DNA of 64,000 nucleotides, taken from a bacterium (GTDB lineage Bacteria > UBA8248 > JACPRG01 > G963555815). The position numbers were made by a program, and so were the translations under genes. Shown piece after piece: positions 40,248-50,089 of this stretch (position 1 is the stretch's first letter; the number at the start of each line of letters is the position of its first letter). Where the stretch lies: NCBI GenBank assembly GCA_965261595.1, contig CBDHDG010000006.1:64001-128000 (forward strand), in the 5' to 3' direction. Below the pieces are notes generated by a model that did no database searches, was not told where the DNA came from, and worked only from the letters and a program-made list of their open reading frames with translations.

Positions 40248-43211
40248 ATGCCGCGTGAAGAGGCGGATGGCCCAGGACGGCTGAAGGACCTGCTGGCGGA
40301 GATCGACCCCGACGTTCTCCGGGAAGTCATGCCCTTCACCGGGGGGGTTGTGACGATGATGTTCACCGACATCGTGGACTCCACGCCGATCAAGGCTGAG
40401 ATGGGTGACCAACCGTTTCGCGAGAACGTCCTGAATCCGCATAACACCCTCATCCGGGAATGTGTTGGTCACCACAACGGCCAGGAGCTCAAGACCATTG
40501 GCGACGCCTTCTTCGTCGGCTTCGCCCTTCCCGAGAATGGCGTGGCCTGCACCACTGAGATCCAGAAGAATCTAACCAATTCTCCAATCCAAGCGGGCGC
40601 GGCCGCGCTCCGGGTCCGGATCGGCCTTCACACCGGAACGCCCGAAGTCTACCGCGATCCCGTCTCGAAACTCATCGACCTTTCCGGGACGGACGTGGAC
40701 AGGGCGTCGAGGGTCGTGGCTTTGGCGGGTGGAGGACAGATCCTCATCTCCGATGAGACCCATGCCCTGGCGAAATCGAAAGAGGTCCACGATTGGGGAT
40801 TCTGGGAGCTGAAGGGCCTGGGGCGGCATCGGATTTTCGAGGTCCTGTGGGAGGGCAAAACACCCGAGCGGCCTTCCGGCCGTCCGTGGCTTAAGGCCGG
40901 GCGGTTCCCCACGCGGTTCGTCGGCCGCGAGGCCGAGATCGCCGAGGTCATGGACGCCGTGGAGAGCGAACGGCTCGTCACCCTCACGGGGATGGGGGGA
41001 ATCGGAAAAACGCGGCTTGCGGACGAGGTCGCGGCGCGGATGGGGCAGGGATTCGAGGACGGCGTCTTTTTCGTCGATTTGGCGGATATAGAAGATTCGG
41101 AAGCGGCGGTGGTCTCGGAGATCATTTCCCGAATCGGGATCGATCCGGCGGGGTTCCCGGACGAGGCGGCGGCGGTTCGGGAGACCCTTCGGAACCATCG
41201 CGCGCTCCTGGTCCTGGACAACTTCGAGGCCGTCATGTCGGCCGCGCCGTTCATCGGGAGGCTGCTCAAGGAGTGCCCGGGGCTTCGGTTCCTCGTGACC
41301 TCCCAGCGTCCACTCGGTCTGGACGGAGAGCAGCGAATCCCCGTGCGGCCGATGGACGTTGCGCCGTCAGAATCCTCCACCGATGCCGATTCATTGGGCC
41401 GCATGGACGGATTCAAGCTTTTCCGCGACCGCGCGCGGCTGAATGACCGCAAATGGGAAGTGAGCGACGCCGATGCGGCCGTCGTCGCCGAAATCCTGGA
41501 ATCGACCGACGGCATCCCCCTCTCCATCGAGCTCGCCGCCGCGAGGGTCGGGAAGGAACCGCTGAACGCGATCAGAGAGGGTCTCAAGGCGAGGCGTATC
41601 GAGTTCCTCAAGCGGGCCGGAGACACGGCTGACGAGAAGCGCCACGCGGGCATCCGGGCGTGCGTCGACTGGTCGTTCAACCTCTTGCCGCTGAAAGAGC
41701 GCACCCTCTTCCCGAAGCTCTCCGTCTTCGTCGGAGGGTTCTTCGCCGACGGCGCCACCGGGGTCTGCGGGGAGAAGAACGCCCCCGCGCTCCTCGATTC
41801 CCTCCGTGAAAGATCCCTTCTCGTGTGGGAGGAATCGCTGGGGAAGGCCCGGTACCGGATGCTCCCCACCGTCCGGGAGTACGCCGCCGAGAGGCTTGGC
41901 GATAAGGCGGAAACAGTCCGGCAACGCCATGCTGAACACTTTCTGAACGTCCTTGACCGTGCCAACGTCCAGATTTACGGAAAAGAGCAGATGACCGGGA
42001 TCAACCGGATCTCCGCCGACCTGGAGAACATCCGCGGCGGGATGGACGCGGCGGTTCGGAACGGCGATCATCTGGCGGTCGTGAGGCACTCCCAGGCATT
42101 CGGTGAATACTTTCAGATGAAGAGTCTTTTCGCGGAATCGTTACGGCGTGGACATCAAGGCCTCGCGTCGGCCGAGGCTTTGAAAGACGACGAGGTCATC
42201 GCGGGCTGCCGGAACAACCTGGGGAATGCCTACATGAGCCTTCCGGCGGGGGACCGGAGAGAGAACCTCAAGAACGCCATCGAATCCTACGAGGCCGCCC
42301 TGCGGGTCTATACCGAGGACGGGTTCCCGGTTCAGTGGGCGGGGACGCAGAACAACCTGGGTGAGGCCTATAGGAACCTTCCGACAGGCGACCGGGGGGA
42401 GAACCTCAAGAACGCCATCGGGTGCTACGAAGCCGCTCTGCGGGTCCACACCGAGGACGCGTTCCCGGTGGATTGGGCGATGACGCGGAACAACCTGGGC
42501 ACCGCATACTCGAACCTTCCGAGAGGGGACCGGGGGGAGAACATCAAGAAGGCCATCGAATCCTACGAGGACGCCCTGCGAGTCAGGACCAAGGACGAGT
42601 TCCCGGTTCAGTGGGCGATGACGCTGAACAACCTGGGCATTGCCTACAGGAACCTTCCGGCGGGCGACCGGGGGGAGAACGTCAAGAACGCCATCGGGTG
42701 CTACGAGGCCGCCCTGCGGGTCTATACCGAGGACGGGTTCCCGGTTCAGTGGGCGGGGACGCAGAACAACCTGGGCGAGGCCTACCGGAACCTTCCGGCG
42801 GGGGACCGGGGGGAGAACCTCAAGAACGCCATCGAATTCTACGAGGCCGCCCTGCGGGTCTATACCGAGGACGGGTTCCCGGTTCAGTGGGCGGGGACGC
42901 AGAACAACCTGGGCGAGGCCTACCGGAACCTTCCGACGGGGAACCGGGGGAAGAACCTCAAGAACGCCATCGGATGCTTCGAGGCCACCTTGCGGATCTA
43001 CACCAAGAACGGGTTCCCGGTTCAATGGGCGATGACGCAAAACAACCTGGGCATTGCGTACAGGGACCTTGAGACGGGGGACCGGGGGGAGAACGTCAAG
43101 AAGGCCATCGGGTGCTTCGAGTCCGCCATCCGGGGATACGAGGCGGCGGGGCTTGCGGAAAAGGCGGAAGAGGTCAGGCGGGAGTTGGATTCGTTGAAGG
43201 GGGAAGGGTGA
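40248..43211 (+). CDS. Class III adenylate/guanylate cyclase - STAND (NB-ARC-like) ATPase - TPR protein
   Basis: MFTDIVDST, KTIGDAF, VRIGLHTG, GGQILIS, LKGL; GMGGIGKTRLA, LVLDNFE, GIPLSIELAAAR; seven NNLG repeats. Confidence 0.9.
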   Translation: MPREEADGPGRLKDLLAEIDPDVLREVMPFTGGVVTMMFTDIVDSTPIKAEMGDQPFRENVLNPHNTLIRECVGHHNGQELKTIGDAFFVGFALPENGVACTTEIQKNLTNSPIQAGAAALRVRIGLHTGTPEVYRDPVSKLIDLSGTDVDRASRVVALAGGGQILISDETHALAKSKEVHDWGFWELKGLGRHRIFEVLWEGKTPERPSGRPWLKAGRFPTRFVGREAEIAEVMDAVESERLVTLTGMGGIGKTRLADEVAARMGQGFEDGVFFVDLADIEDSEAAVVSEIISRIGIDPAGFPDEAAAVRETLRNHRALLVLDNFEAVMSAAPFIGRLLKECPGLRFLVTSQRPLGLDGEQRIPVRPMDVAPSESSTDADSLGRMDGFKLFRDRARLNDRKWEVSDADAAVVAEILESTDGIPLSIELAAARVGKEPLNAIREGLKARRIEFLKRAGDTADEKRHAGIRACVDWSFNLLPLKERTLFPKLSVFVGGFFADGATGVCGEKNAPALLDSLRERSLLVWEESLGKARYRMLPTVREYAAERLGDKAETVRQRHAEHFLNVLDRANVQIYGKEQMTGINRISADLENIRGGMDAAVRNGDHLAVVRHSQAFGEYFQMKSLFAESLRRGHQGLASAEALKDDEVIAGCRNNLGNAYMSLPAGDRRENLKNAIESYEAALRVYTEDGFPVQWAGTQNNLGEAYRNLPTGDRGENLKNAIGCYEAALRVHTEDAFPVDWAMTRNNLGTAYSNLPRGDRGENIKKAIESYEDALRVRTKDEFPVQWAMTLNNLGIAYRNLPAGDRGENVKNAIGCYEAALRVYTEDGFPVQWAGTQNNLGEAYRNLPAGDRGENLKNAIEFYEAALRVYTEDGFPVQWAGTQNNLGEAYRNLPTGNRGKNLKNAIGCFEATLRIYTKNGFPVQWAMTQNNLGIAYRDLETGDRGENVKKAIGCFESAIRGYEAAGLAEKAEEVRRELDSLKGEG
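42213..43140 (+). repeat. Seven tandem 138-bp (46-aa) TPR-type coding repeats
   Basis: AACAACCTG at 42213, 42351, 42489, 42627, 42765, 42903 and 43041. Confidence 0.95.
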
Positions 43212-43334
43212 CGTAGTTGCTCGATGGGGCATGGGGCGGGGATGCTTCGCCGCGCTCGACACAGGCCCCGAACCCACCCCCCGCATCTTTCGAAAAGCGC
43301 TGAAAAATTGTTTCCCCCCAGGGGTCGCCATTGG

Positions 43335-43500
43335 TGTCATTCCGAGCGCAGCGAGGAATCTCGCATTGTTGTTGCACCGATTGTCGGATCACGCTACGGG
43401 AAGGGCCACGGCGAGACCCTCGGGTCGGTTGACCCTTCGTTGCGATGCGACTTCCGGCCTTCCTTTCCGGACGCTGTTCGCCCGTCGCTCAGGGTGACAG
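43335..43500. repeat. REP-like extragenic element(s)
   Basis: TGTCATTCCGAGCGCAGCGAGGAATCTC (43335-43362) and a partial inverted partner TCGCTCAGGGTGACA near 43485-43499. Confidence 0.55.
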
Positions 43501-43566
43501 ACGTATTCGCGATGGGATTGCATCGACAAGACAGCCACAGCCCCGCCAACACCCCCCGTCAGCCGG

Positions 43567-44556
43567 TCAAAGACCCAAAATCCCGGCGGCGGTCCCGCCC
43601 AGGATCCCTTCCCTTTGCGTCCCGGTCAATCCGGGCATTTCCTCGACGGCGGAAACGGAATCATCGGTCCCCATGTCGAAGGGAAAATCCGACCCCAGGA
43701 ACAGCCGGTCCGGCGAAACCCAATCGAGCATCAGGCGGTAGGCCTCCGGATCGTGCGTGACCGTATCGAAAAAGAGCCTTCCGAAGGCGCGGCTCGGAGG
43801 CTCGGAGAGTTGCCGGCGGCACTCTTCACGCACCTCCCACCCGTGGTCCCAGCGGCCCAACAGCATGGGGGCGACGCCGCCCACGTGGGCGAAGCCCAGC
43901 CGCAGGCCCGGATGGCGGGCCGGGAGACCGCTGAAGATCACCCGGCCGATCGCCCAGGCGGTGTTCATCGGAAGACCGCACAGGTTCTTCAGGTAGGCCA
44001 TCCCGAGGTGGTCCTGGCCGATGAGCCACTGGGAATAGGGATGGACGAAAACAAACACCCCGAGATTTTCCGCCTCGGCGAAGAAGGGATCGAGGGAGGG
44101 ATCGTCCAGCGGAAGACCGTGGATGGAGCTTCCGATCTCGACCGCCCGCATCCCCAGCTCTTCCCGGACGCGCCGGAGCTCCGCGCAAGCGGTTTCGGGA
44201 TCCTGAAGCGGGACCGTTCCCATGGCGGCGAACCGGCCCGGATGGGCGCGCACGATCCCGGCATAGGCGTCGTTCACGACGCGGGCGAGCTCGAGGGCGC
44301 GTTCCGGGGAATCGGAGTAGTGAAACATGAACGTCGGCGGGGAAATCACATGGAGGCCGACGCCCGCCGTCTCCATCCGCGCGAGATGGGCCTCGGGCGC
44401 CCGCAACGCCGTGGAAACCGGGAAACGGTAACTGCCCGTGACGACGGCAAGCTCGCCGGTTGCGTTTTTTTCGAGGGTGAGGGAGGAGGCCCCCCTGATT
44501 CGGATCTCCTCCAAATAGGCGTCCGGGATGAAATGGGTGTGGGCGTCGACGCGCAT
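43567..44556 (-). CDS. Amidohydrolase-2, ACMSD-like decarboxylase family
   Basis: VDAHTH, GTVPLQDP, FVHP, AHVGG, GSDFPFDMG. Confidence 0.88.
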   Translation of the reverse strand: MRVDAHTHFIPDAYLEEIRIRGASSLTLEKNATGELAVVTGSYRFPVSTALRAPEAHLARMETAGVGLHVISPPTFMFHYSDSPERALELARVVNDAYAGIVRAHPGRFAAMGTVPLQDPETACAELRRVREELGMRAVEIGSSIHGLPLDDPSLDPFFAEAENLGVFVFVHPYSQWLIGQDHLGMAYLKNLCGLPMNTAWAIGRVIFSGLPARHPGLRLGFAHVGGVAPMLLGRWDHGWEVREECRRQLSEPPSRAFGRLFFDTVTHDPEAYRLMLDWVSPDRLFLGSDFPFDMGTDDSVSAVEEMPGLTGTQREGILGGTAAGILGL

Positions 44557-45581
44557 CAGCCGTCCGCGCCCTTCCCGTCCCCCACGCCGAAAAACCGGAG
44601 GGCGTTTCCTCCCAGGAGGTCCCGGCGGGTTCCTTCATCCAGGCCCGGCAGGTCGCGGATCGACCTTCCCGGGGGATCCTCGCCCATGTCGAAGGGATAG
44701 TCGCTCCCCATGAGGACGTGGCCGGGCGCGGCCTTGGCCAGGAGGTAAGAGAGGGCCTTGGGGCTGTGCGTAATCGAATCGAAGTAAAGGCGCTCGGCGT
44801 AAACGCTCGGGGGCTCGGGGATGGCGGCCCGGCACTCGGGCCGGACCTTGTATCCGTGGTCCAGGCGGCCCAGCAGGATGGGGAAAAAACCCCCGCCGTG
44901 GACGATGCAGAGCTTGAGGCGGGGGAAACGCTCCAGGACGCCCGCATAGATGAGGCGCGCCGCCGAAACCCCCTCGTCGAAGACGAACCCGGCCAGGTTG
45001 TCGAGGAAATAATCCTTCAACAGGGCGTCGTCCGGGAACCGGTAGGCGTGGACGATAAGGCGGGCCCCGAGCGCCTCGGCGCACTCGAAGAAAGGCCAGA
45101 ACTCCTCCTCGTCGATGTAGCGGCCTTCCACGTTCGAGCCGATGATGGCCTCGAGCAGACCGTGTTTTTCCACCGCGCGCTCAAGGACGCGGACGGCCCG
45201 CGGGACGTCCTGAAGCGGGACCGTGCCGACGGCGAGGAAATGCTCCGGATGCGCCCGGACCAGGCCGCCATACGCCTCGTTCGCCGCCTCGGCCAGCTCT
45301 TCGCAGAGGGCGGCCTCGGTCCAGTAGAGCATCATGTTGGCCGGGGAGGGCGAGAGGATCTCCAGGTCCACCCCCTGCTCCGCCATCGCGCGGATGCGGA
45401 ACTCGATATCGCGGTGCCGCTCGTCCACGGGGGTCCGGTAGAAACGGGCCTGGATCATGGGGCTGCCGTCCGGCCCCCGCTCGAAGCGGACGTCGAGGCG
45501 GTCCGCGTCCCGCTCCACCCGGCGCAGGTAGACCTCGGGCAGAAAGTGGGTGTGCATGTCCACCACCGGAGCGGCCGGCAC
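44556..45581 (-). CDS. Amidohydrolase-2, ACMSD-like decarboxylase family
   Basis: VDMHTH, GTVPLQD, VHGGG, GSDYPFDMG. Confidence 0.88.
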   Translation of the reverse strand: MPAAPVVDMHTHFLPEVYLRRVERDADRLDVRFERGPDGSPMIQARFYRTPVDERHRDIEFRIRAMAEQGVDLEILSPSPANMMLYWTEAALCEELAEAANEAYGGLVRAHPEHFLAVGTVPLQDVPRAVRVLERAVEKHGLLEAIIGSNVEGRYIDEEEFWPFFECAEALGARLIVHAYRFPDDALLKDYFLDNLAGFVFDEGVSAARLIYAGVLERFPRLKLCIVHGGGFFPILLGRLDHGYKVRPECRAAIPEPPSVYAERLYFDSITHSPKALSYLLAKAAPGHVLMGSDYPFDMGEDPPGRSIRDLPGLDEGTRRDLLGGNALRFFGVGDGKGADG

Positions 45582-45593
45582 GGTTGGCTCTCC

Positions 45594-46055
45594 TCAATCG
45601 AAGACGGCGGTGGCCTCGATTTCAATCATCATGTCCGGCGTCATCAGACCCGCCACCATGACCGAGGTCACGCACGGCAGGTCTTTCGTCTTGGAGTGCT
45701 TTTTGAAGAACGCGGCCCGCGCGGGGAGACCCTCGGCCCAGAAGGACTCCCGGTCGGTGAAGTAGAAGACATAATGCACGATGTCATCGATCGTCGCGCC
45801 CGCCTCCTCCAGCGTCAAGCGGACGTTTTCGAGGGCCTGGGTCATCTGGGCCCCCATGTCGCCCTTGCCGACGAGGCCGCCCGTGGAGATGGAAGGATAG
45901 CCCGACATCCGGAGGGTCTTTCCGCCTTCGGTGACGACCGCGTGGGCGAGCCCCCCCCCCTCCGGGCCGAACCCCATTAAAGGAGCGACGGTCAGAACCG
46001 ATTGTTTGTACATTTCGACGACTTCGGGAATGATGATGGTCTTTCGGTCAACCAT
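45594..46055 (-). CDS. RidA/YjgF family protein
   Basis: QMTQALENV..LEEAGA..DIV and MIEIEATAV. Confidence 0.85.
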   Translation of the reverse strand: MVDRKTIIIPEVVEMYKQSVLTVAPLMGFGPEGGGLAHAVVTEGGKTLRMSGYPSISTGGLVGKGDMGAQMTQALENVRLTLEEAGATIDDIVHYVFYFTDRESFWAEGLPARAAFFKKHSKTKDLPCVTSVMVAGLMTPDMMIEIEATAVFD

Positions 46056-46163
46056 CCCTTTTTCCTCCTCTGATTGTGAATTCGGTTTCGGCGGAAGCCG
46101 ATTCCGCCCCTGAGGAAATTCGGCGGGATTAGAAGGGTTTTCCCGTCCGCCCGCGCTCGGGCT

Positions 46164-46933
46164 TCAGTCCACCCGTCCCGTGACCTGGAGATGCCCCCTG
46201 ACCTCTTCCATCAGGGAGGTGAACTCGGGCAGGCCCATGCTCTTGAGGGTCCTCGGGCGGGGCAGGTTCACGGGCAGGTTGCACAGGATCCGCCCCGGGC
46301 GGGCCGACATGACCATCACGTGATCGGACAGGAACACCGCCTCGGAGATGGAGTGGGTGATGAACAGGACCGTTTTTTCCGCTCCATCCAGATCCGCTGG
46401 AGCTCCAGGTTCATCTGCTCGCGCGTGAGGGCGTCCAGCGCGCCGAAGGGCTCATCCATCAGGAGCAGCGAGGGGTCATGGATGAGCGCCCGGCAGAGCG
46501 CCGCGCGCTGCTGCATCCCCCCCGAGAGCTGGTACGGGTAGACCTCCTCGAAGCCCTGGAGGCCCACCAGCTCGATGAGCTCCATGGCCACGTCCCGGTA
46601 GGCCTTGACGTCCCCATGGCGGATTTCGATTTGGAGGAGGATGTTGTCGATGATGGAACGCCATTCCATCAGGAGGGGCGTCTGAAAGACGATTCCGATG
46701 TCGCGCGTGGGTTCGCGCACCTCGGCCCCGTTCACGCGCACCGCCCCCTGGGTGGGCCGCAGCAACCCGGAAATCACCTTGAGCATGGTGCTCTTTCCGC
46801 AGCCGCTGGGGCCCACCAGGGAAAGGAACTGGCCCTCCTTCGCCTCCAGGTCCACCCCTTCGAGGGCGGGGACCGGGCCGCCCCGGGTCGGGTAGACCAG
46901 GTGCAGATCGGTCACTTCGATAACGTTCGTCAC
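46164..46933 (-). pseudogene. TauB/SsuB-type ABC ATPase, frameshift near 46375
   Basis: GPSGCGKS, LSGGMQQR, MDEPFGALD; TVLFITHSISEAVFLSD continues in another frame after an A6 run. Confidence 0.8.
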
Positions 46934-46969
46934 GTCTTTGTCGATAGAATCAGTCGTCTCCGTCCCGTC

Positions 46970-47990
46970 TTAGGCGCCGGGAACGAATTCATTCGTGTAG
47001 TAGGTCTTGATCGGAAGGGGCGTCTTGAGCACGCCCGTTTTGAGCAAGATCTCCTCGGTGCTTCTCCAATCCGTTTCGCTCATCCACCCGAGGGGTTTCC
47101 CCCACGTGCTCTTCGATTTCAGCAGCTCCAGCGTCCCCACGAACTGCAGGTTCACCGACGCTCTGCGGTGATCGTTGCCGGGGGAGTGCTTGAGGGCGAT
47201 ATCAACCGCCTCATCCACGTTGCACGGCCGATTCCTTCCAGGCCTTTTGCGTGGCGCGCAGGAACCCGCGGACCAATTTACCGCGTTTCAGGGTGTCCTT
47301 GTGGGTGAGGATCCCCTGGCCCATGGGCTTCACACCCCAATCCGTGAAGGGGAGAAAATGGACGGGCTTGCCCTTTCCCTGCTTGGCGCGGACAACGAAG
47401 TCGTTGGGGGAACCGGTGGTGATGCTCATGATGGTGTCCACATTGCCGTTTGCAAACGTCGTGTTCCGCGTTCGGCCGCCGACGATCCGCATCTTCACGC
47501 TGTCCACCGGGACATTGTTGATCTTGAGCCAAAGCTTCAGGATCGACAGGTGGACCCCCACGGACGCCAGGGTCTTGCCCATGAGATCCTGGGGTTTGCG
47601 GACCGGGTTATCCTCGAAGGAAATGATGGCCTAGGCGCTTTTGGCCTGAACCGCGTAGATGGCCTTGACGGGCACCTTTTTCGCGACCGCCTTGGCCAGG
47701 GCCAGGTAGTCGGCGAAACCGAAGGTGTTGCGATTCGCCGCGAGGGCGTTGATCGTCTTGCCCGATCCGGCGCCTTCCTTGATATCGAGATCGATCCCCT
47801 CCTTGGCGTAATACCCCTTCTCCTTGGCCCAGTAGAACGGGGTGTGATAGCCGGTGAGCTTCCACTCCAAACGGAGGGAGGCCTTTTCGGCGGCGGCCTG
47901 TCCGATCCAACCGAAGACCAAGACCCCCGCCAGCAGGGCGAAGGCGCAGATCCATCCCCGTTGCTTACGACTTGTGGCCTGGAATCGCAT
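46970..47990 (-). pseudogene. NMT1/THI5-like binding protein with in-frame TAG (47631) and frameshift (~47220)
   Basis: Three ORF pieces (47631-47990, 47211-47582, 46970-47218) join into one NMT1-type protein ending YYTNEFVP. Confidence 0.82.
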
Positions 47991-48029
47991 GAGCGTTCCT
48001 CCTTTTCTGCCGGCGCGGCGCCGGCGCGT

Positions 48030-48770
48030 TCACGACTGCCAGAGAGATTCTTCCTGAATGCGAACGGAAACGTGCCAGGGAAGTGCAATCTTTTCCAGGT
48101 AGCTCACCGTGCCAAAGAGGACGATCCCGATGACGATCAGGATGGCGAGCGTCGAAAAGAGGAGACCCGAATCCAGGTCCCCGGAAGAGGTCAGGATGAG
48201 GAATCCAAGGCCCGCGTCGGATCCCACAAACTCCCCCACGATCGCCCCCACCACCGAGAGACAGATGGAGATCTTCAGGCCGCTGAAGAACTGCGGCAGG
48301 GCGTGCGGCACGCGCACCTTCCAGATGAGCTGCCGGGCCGAGCCTCCCATGGTTTTGACGAGGTCCAGCATATCGGGTTCCACGCTCTTGAGCCCCGCCA
48401 CGGTGGCGATCAGGATGGGGAAAAACGCGATGAGGAAAGCAACGGCAATCTTGGGCAGCAATCCGAACCCGAGCCAAATGACGAATATCGGGGCGATCGC
48501 CACCTTCGGGATGGACTGGGACATCACCAGAAGCGGCAGCGTCACCCGCTCGAACGTCCGGTTGATGACGATGCTCATGAAGAACCCGGCGAGAATCTCG
48601 TTCAACGTGATCAAGCTGTGCCGGGAAAGCAGCGGCCAGCGCTCGACAATCTGGACCGCGATGACTTCGGGAGCGGGTATTAAATAATCCGGGATGCTGA
48701 AAATGCGGACGCAAAGGCTCCAGAAAACGACGAATCCCACAACCGCCGAAGCGGGCAGGAGAAAGTCCAT
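48030..48770 (-). CDS. SsuC/TauC-type ABC permease, possibly with a short internal deletion
   Basis: QSIPKVAIAP, FFPI, LPQFFSGLK, GAIVGEFVGSDAGLG. Confidence 0.82.
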   Translation of the reverse strand: MDFLLPASAVVGFVVFWSLCVRIFSIPDYLIPAPEVIAVQIVERWPLLSRHSLITLNEILAGFFMSIVINRTFERVTLPLLVMSQSIPKVAIAPIFVIWLGFGLLPKIAVAFLIAFFPILIATVAGLKSVEPDMLDLVKTMGGSARQLIWKVRVPHALPQFFSGLKISICLSVVGAIVGEFVGSDAGLGFLILTSSGDLDSGLLFSTLAILIVIGIVLFGTVSYLEKIALPWHVSVRIQEESLWQS

Positions 48771-48996
48771 GAGGGAGTTTTGAGCTCCGGACCCGTTTTC
48801 CGCATGCGAAGAGCTTTTCCTTCCGGTTCCGTTCCGGGGTAAGCCGGGTCGACGCGTGAAAAATCTGTCTTGGATATTTCGCGGAGTATATTCCATCCCG
48901 CCCAATGAATTCAAGGGGGTTTCTTCGGCGGTGATCCCCAATTTTCATCGGCCGTGCGGCAGCGGTCGGATTGATTAGGACCGATCTGAAGCACTT

Positions 48997-49023
48997 CTGG
49001 ATTCCCGCCTGCGCGGGAATGAC
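48997..49023. repeat. REP-like palindrome (ATTCCC-N8-GGGAAT)
   Basis: CTGGATTCCCGCCTGCGCGGGAATGAC just downstream of an EamA gene. Confidence 0.65.
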
Positions 49024-49047
49024 AATCGGCCCCAAAAAGTCCCCTGT

Positions 49048-49911
49048 TTACTTCGCGAAACCGAGAAGAACGACGCCCAGGACGATGAAAGCGGACCCCG
49101 TGAGGCGGTAGCCGGCGTTGCCTTCCCTCAGCAGAAACGCCCCGAGCAGCGCACCCAGGACCAGGCGCACCTCGCGGCTGGCCACAACGTAGGCGGCGGG
49201 CGCCAGCTTCAACGCCCCCAGGATCAGGCCGTACGCCGTCGGCACAAGCAGACCGCAGGCGATCAGCCGCCCCCACTCCGCCTTCCAGGTCGCCCGGACC
49301 GGACCCGCCCCCCCGACCAGGGCGATGGGGGCGAAGACAATCGTCGTCACGACGAAGATCAGGTACACGTAGGGGACGGGGCTCACATACTCCACGCCCG
49401 CCTTGTCCACAAGGGTAAACCACGTGATCAGCACCCCCGCGAGCAGGGCCCACATCGACCCCGGCGTCCGGGACGGAAAAAGGGTCTGTTTCCAGGAGCC
49501 GGGCCGCATATGAAGGATGAAGATCCCGACGAGGACCGTTCCGATTCCGGCCGCGCCCAATCCGGACAGGCGCTCCCCGAGGAGGGGAACGGCCAGGACC
49601 GTCACGAAAAAGACGCTGCTCCCCCGCGCCAGCGGATAAACCAGGGAGAGGTCTCCGGCGTCGTAGGCCCGGCCCAGGGCCCAATAGTAAAAGGCGTGGC
49701 CTATCCCGGAGAGGACCGTGAACACCCATCCCCGCCAGGGCAGATCGAGGAAAAATCCCATCCCGACGAATACGGGGAGATAGGCGACGACGAAGACGAG
49801 GTTCGAGATCCACAGGAAGGCCGCCTTGTGGACGCTCGACTTGGTCAGGTAATTCCACCCGACATGGAAGATCGCGGCGCCCAGAACCAGGGCCAGCGCC
49901 GTGGGGTTCAC
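49048..49911 (-). CDS. EamA/DMT family transporter
   Basis: AYDAGDLSLVYPLARG, LLGERLS, YVVASREV. Confidence 0.88.
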   Translation of the reverse strand: MNPTALALVLGAAIFHVGWNYLTKSSVHKAAFLWISNLVFVVAYLPVFVGMGFFLDLPWRGWVFTVLSGIGHAFYYWALGRAYDAGDLSLVYPLARGSSVFFVTVLAVPLLGERLSGLGAAGIGTVLVGIFILHMRPGSWKQTLFPSRTPGSMWALLAGVLITWFTLVDKAGVEYVSPVPYVYLIFVVTTIVFAPIALVGGAGPVRATWKAEWGRLIACGLLVPTAYGLILGALKLAPAAYVVASREVRLVLGALLGAFLLREGNAGYRLTGSAFIVLGVVLLGFAK

Positions 49912-50089
49912 TGGAATTCCTCGAAGCTTCGGTGAAGGACGGCCGAAAAGCGGACATCAGCGGCCGGAGAGGCCGCGGTCCCTTTCTTTCACGAGGCGGA
50001 TGGAGCGGGCGCGGCGTCCACGCCCGGCAACCGGCGAGATCATACGCCGCCCTTTCGCGATTGCAACCGGAATTCCCGCCGGCGTCCGG

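Noticed and set aside
42213..43140. Regular repeats as a CRISPR array
   Set aside because: The 138-bp units are contiguous, in frame and coding, with no unique spacers and no cas genes.
47631..47633. In-frame TAG as pyrrolysine or read-through
   Set aside because: The same gene also has a frameshift, the position is not catalytic, and neighbouring genes are damaged.
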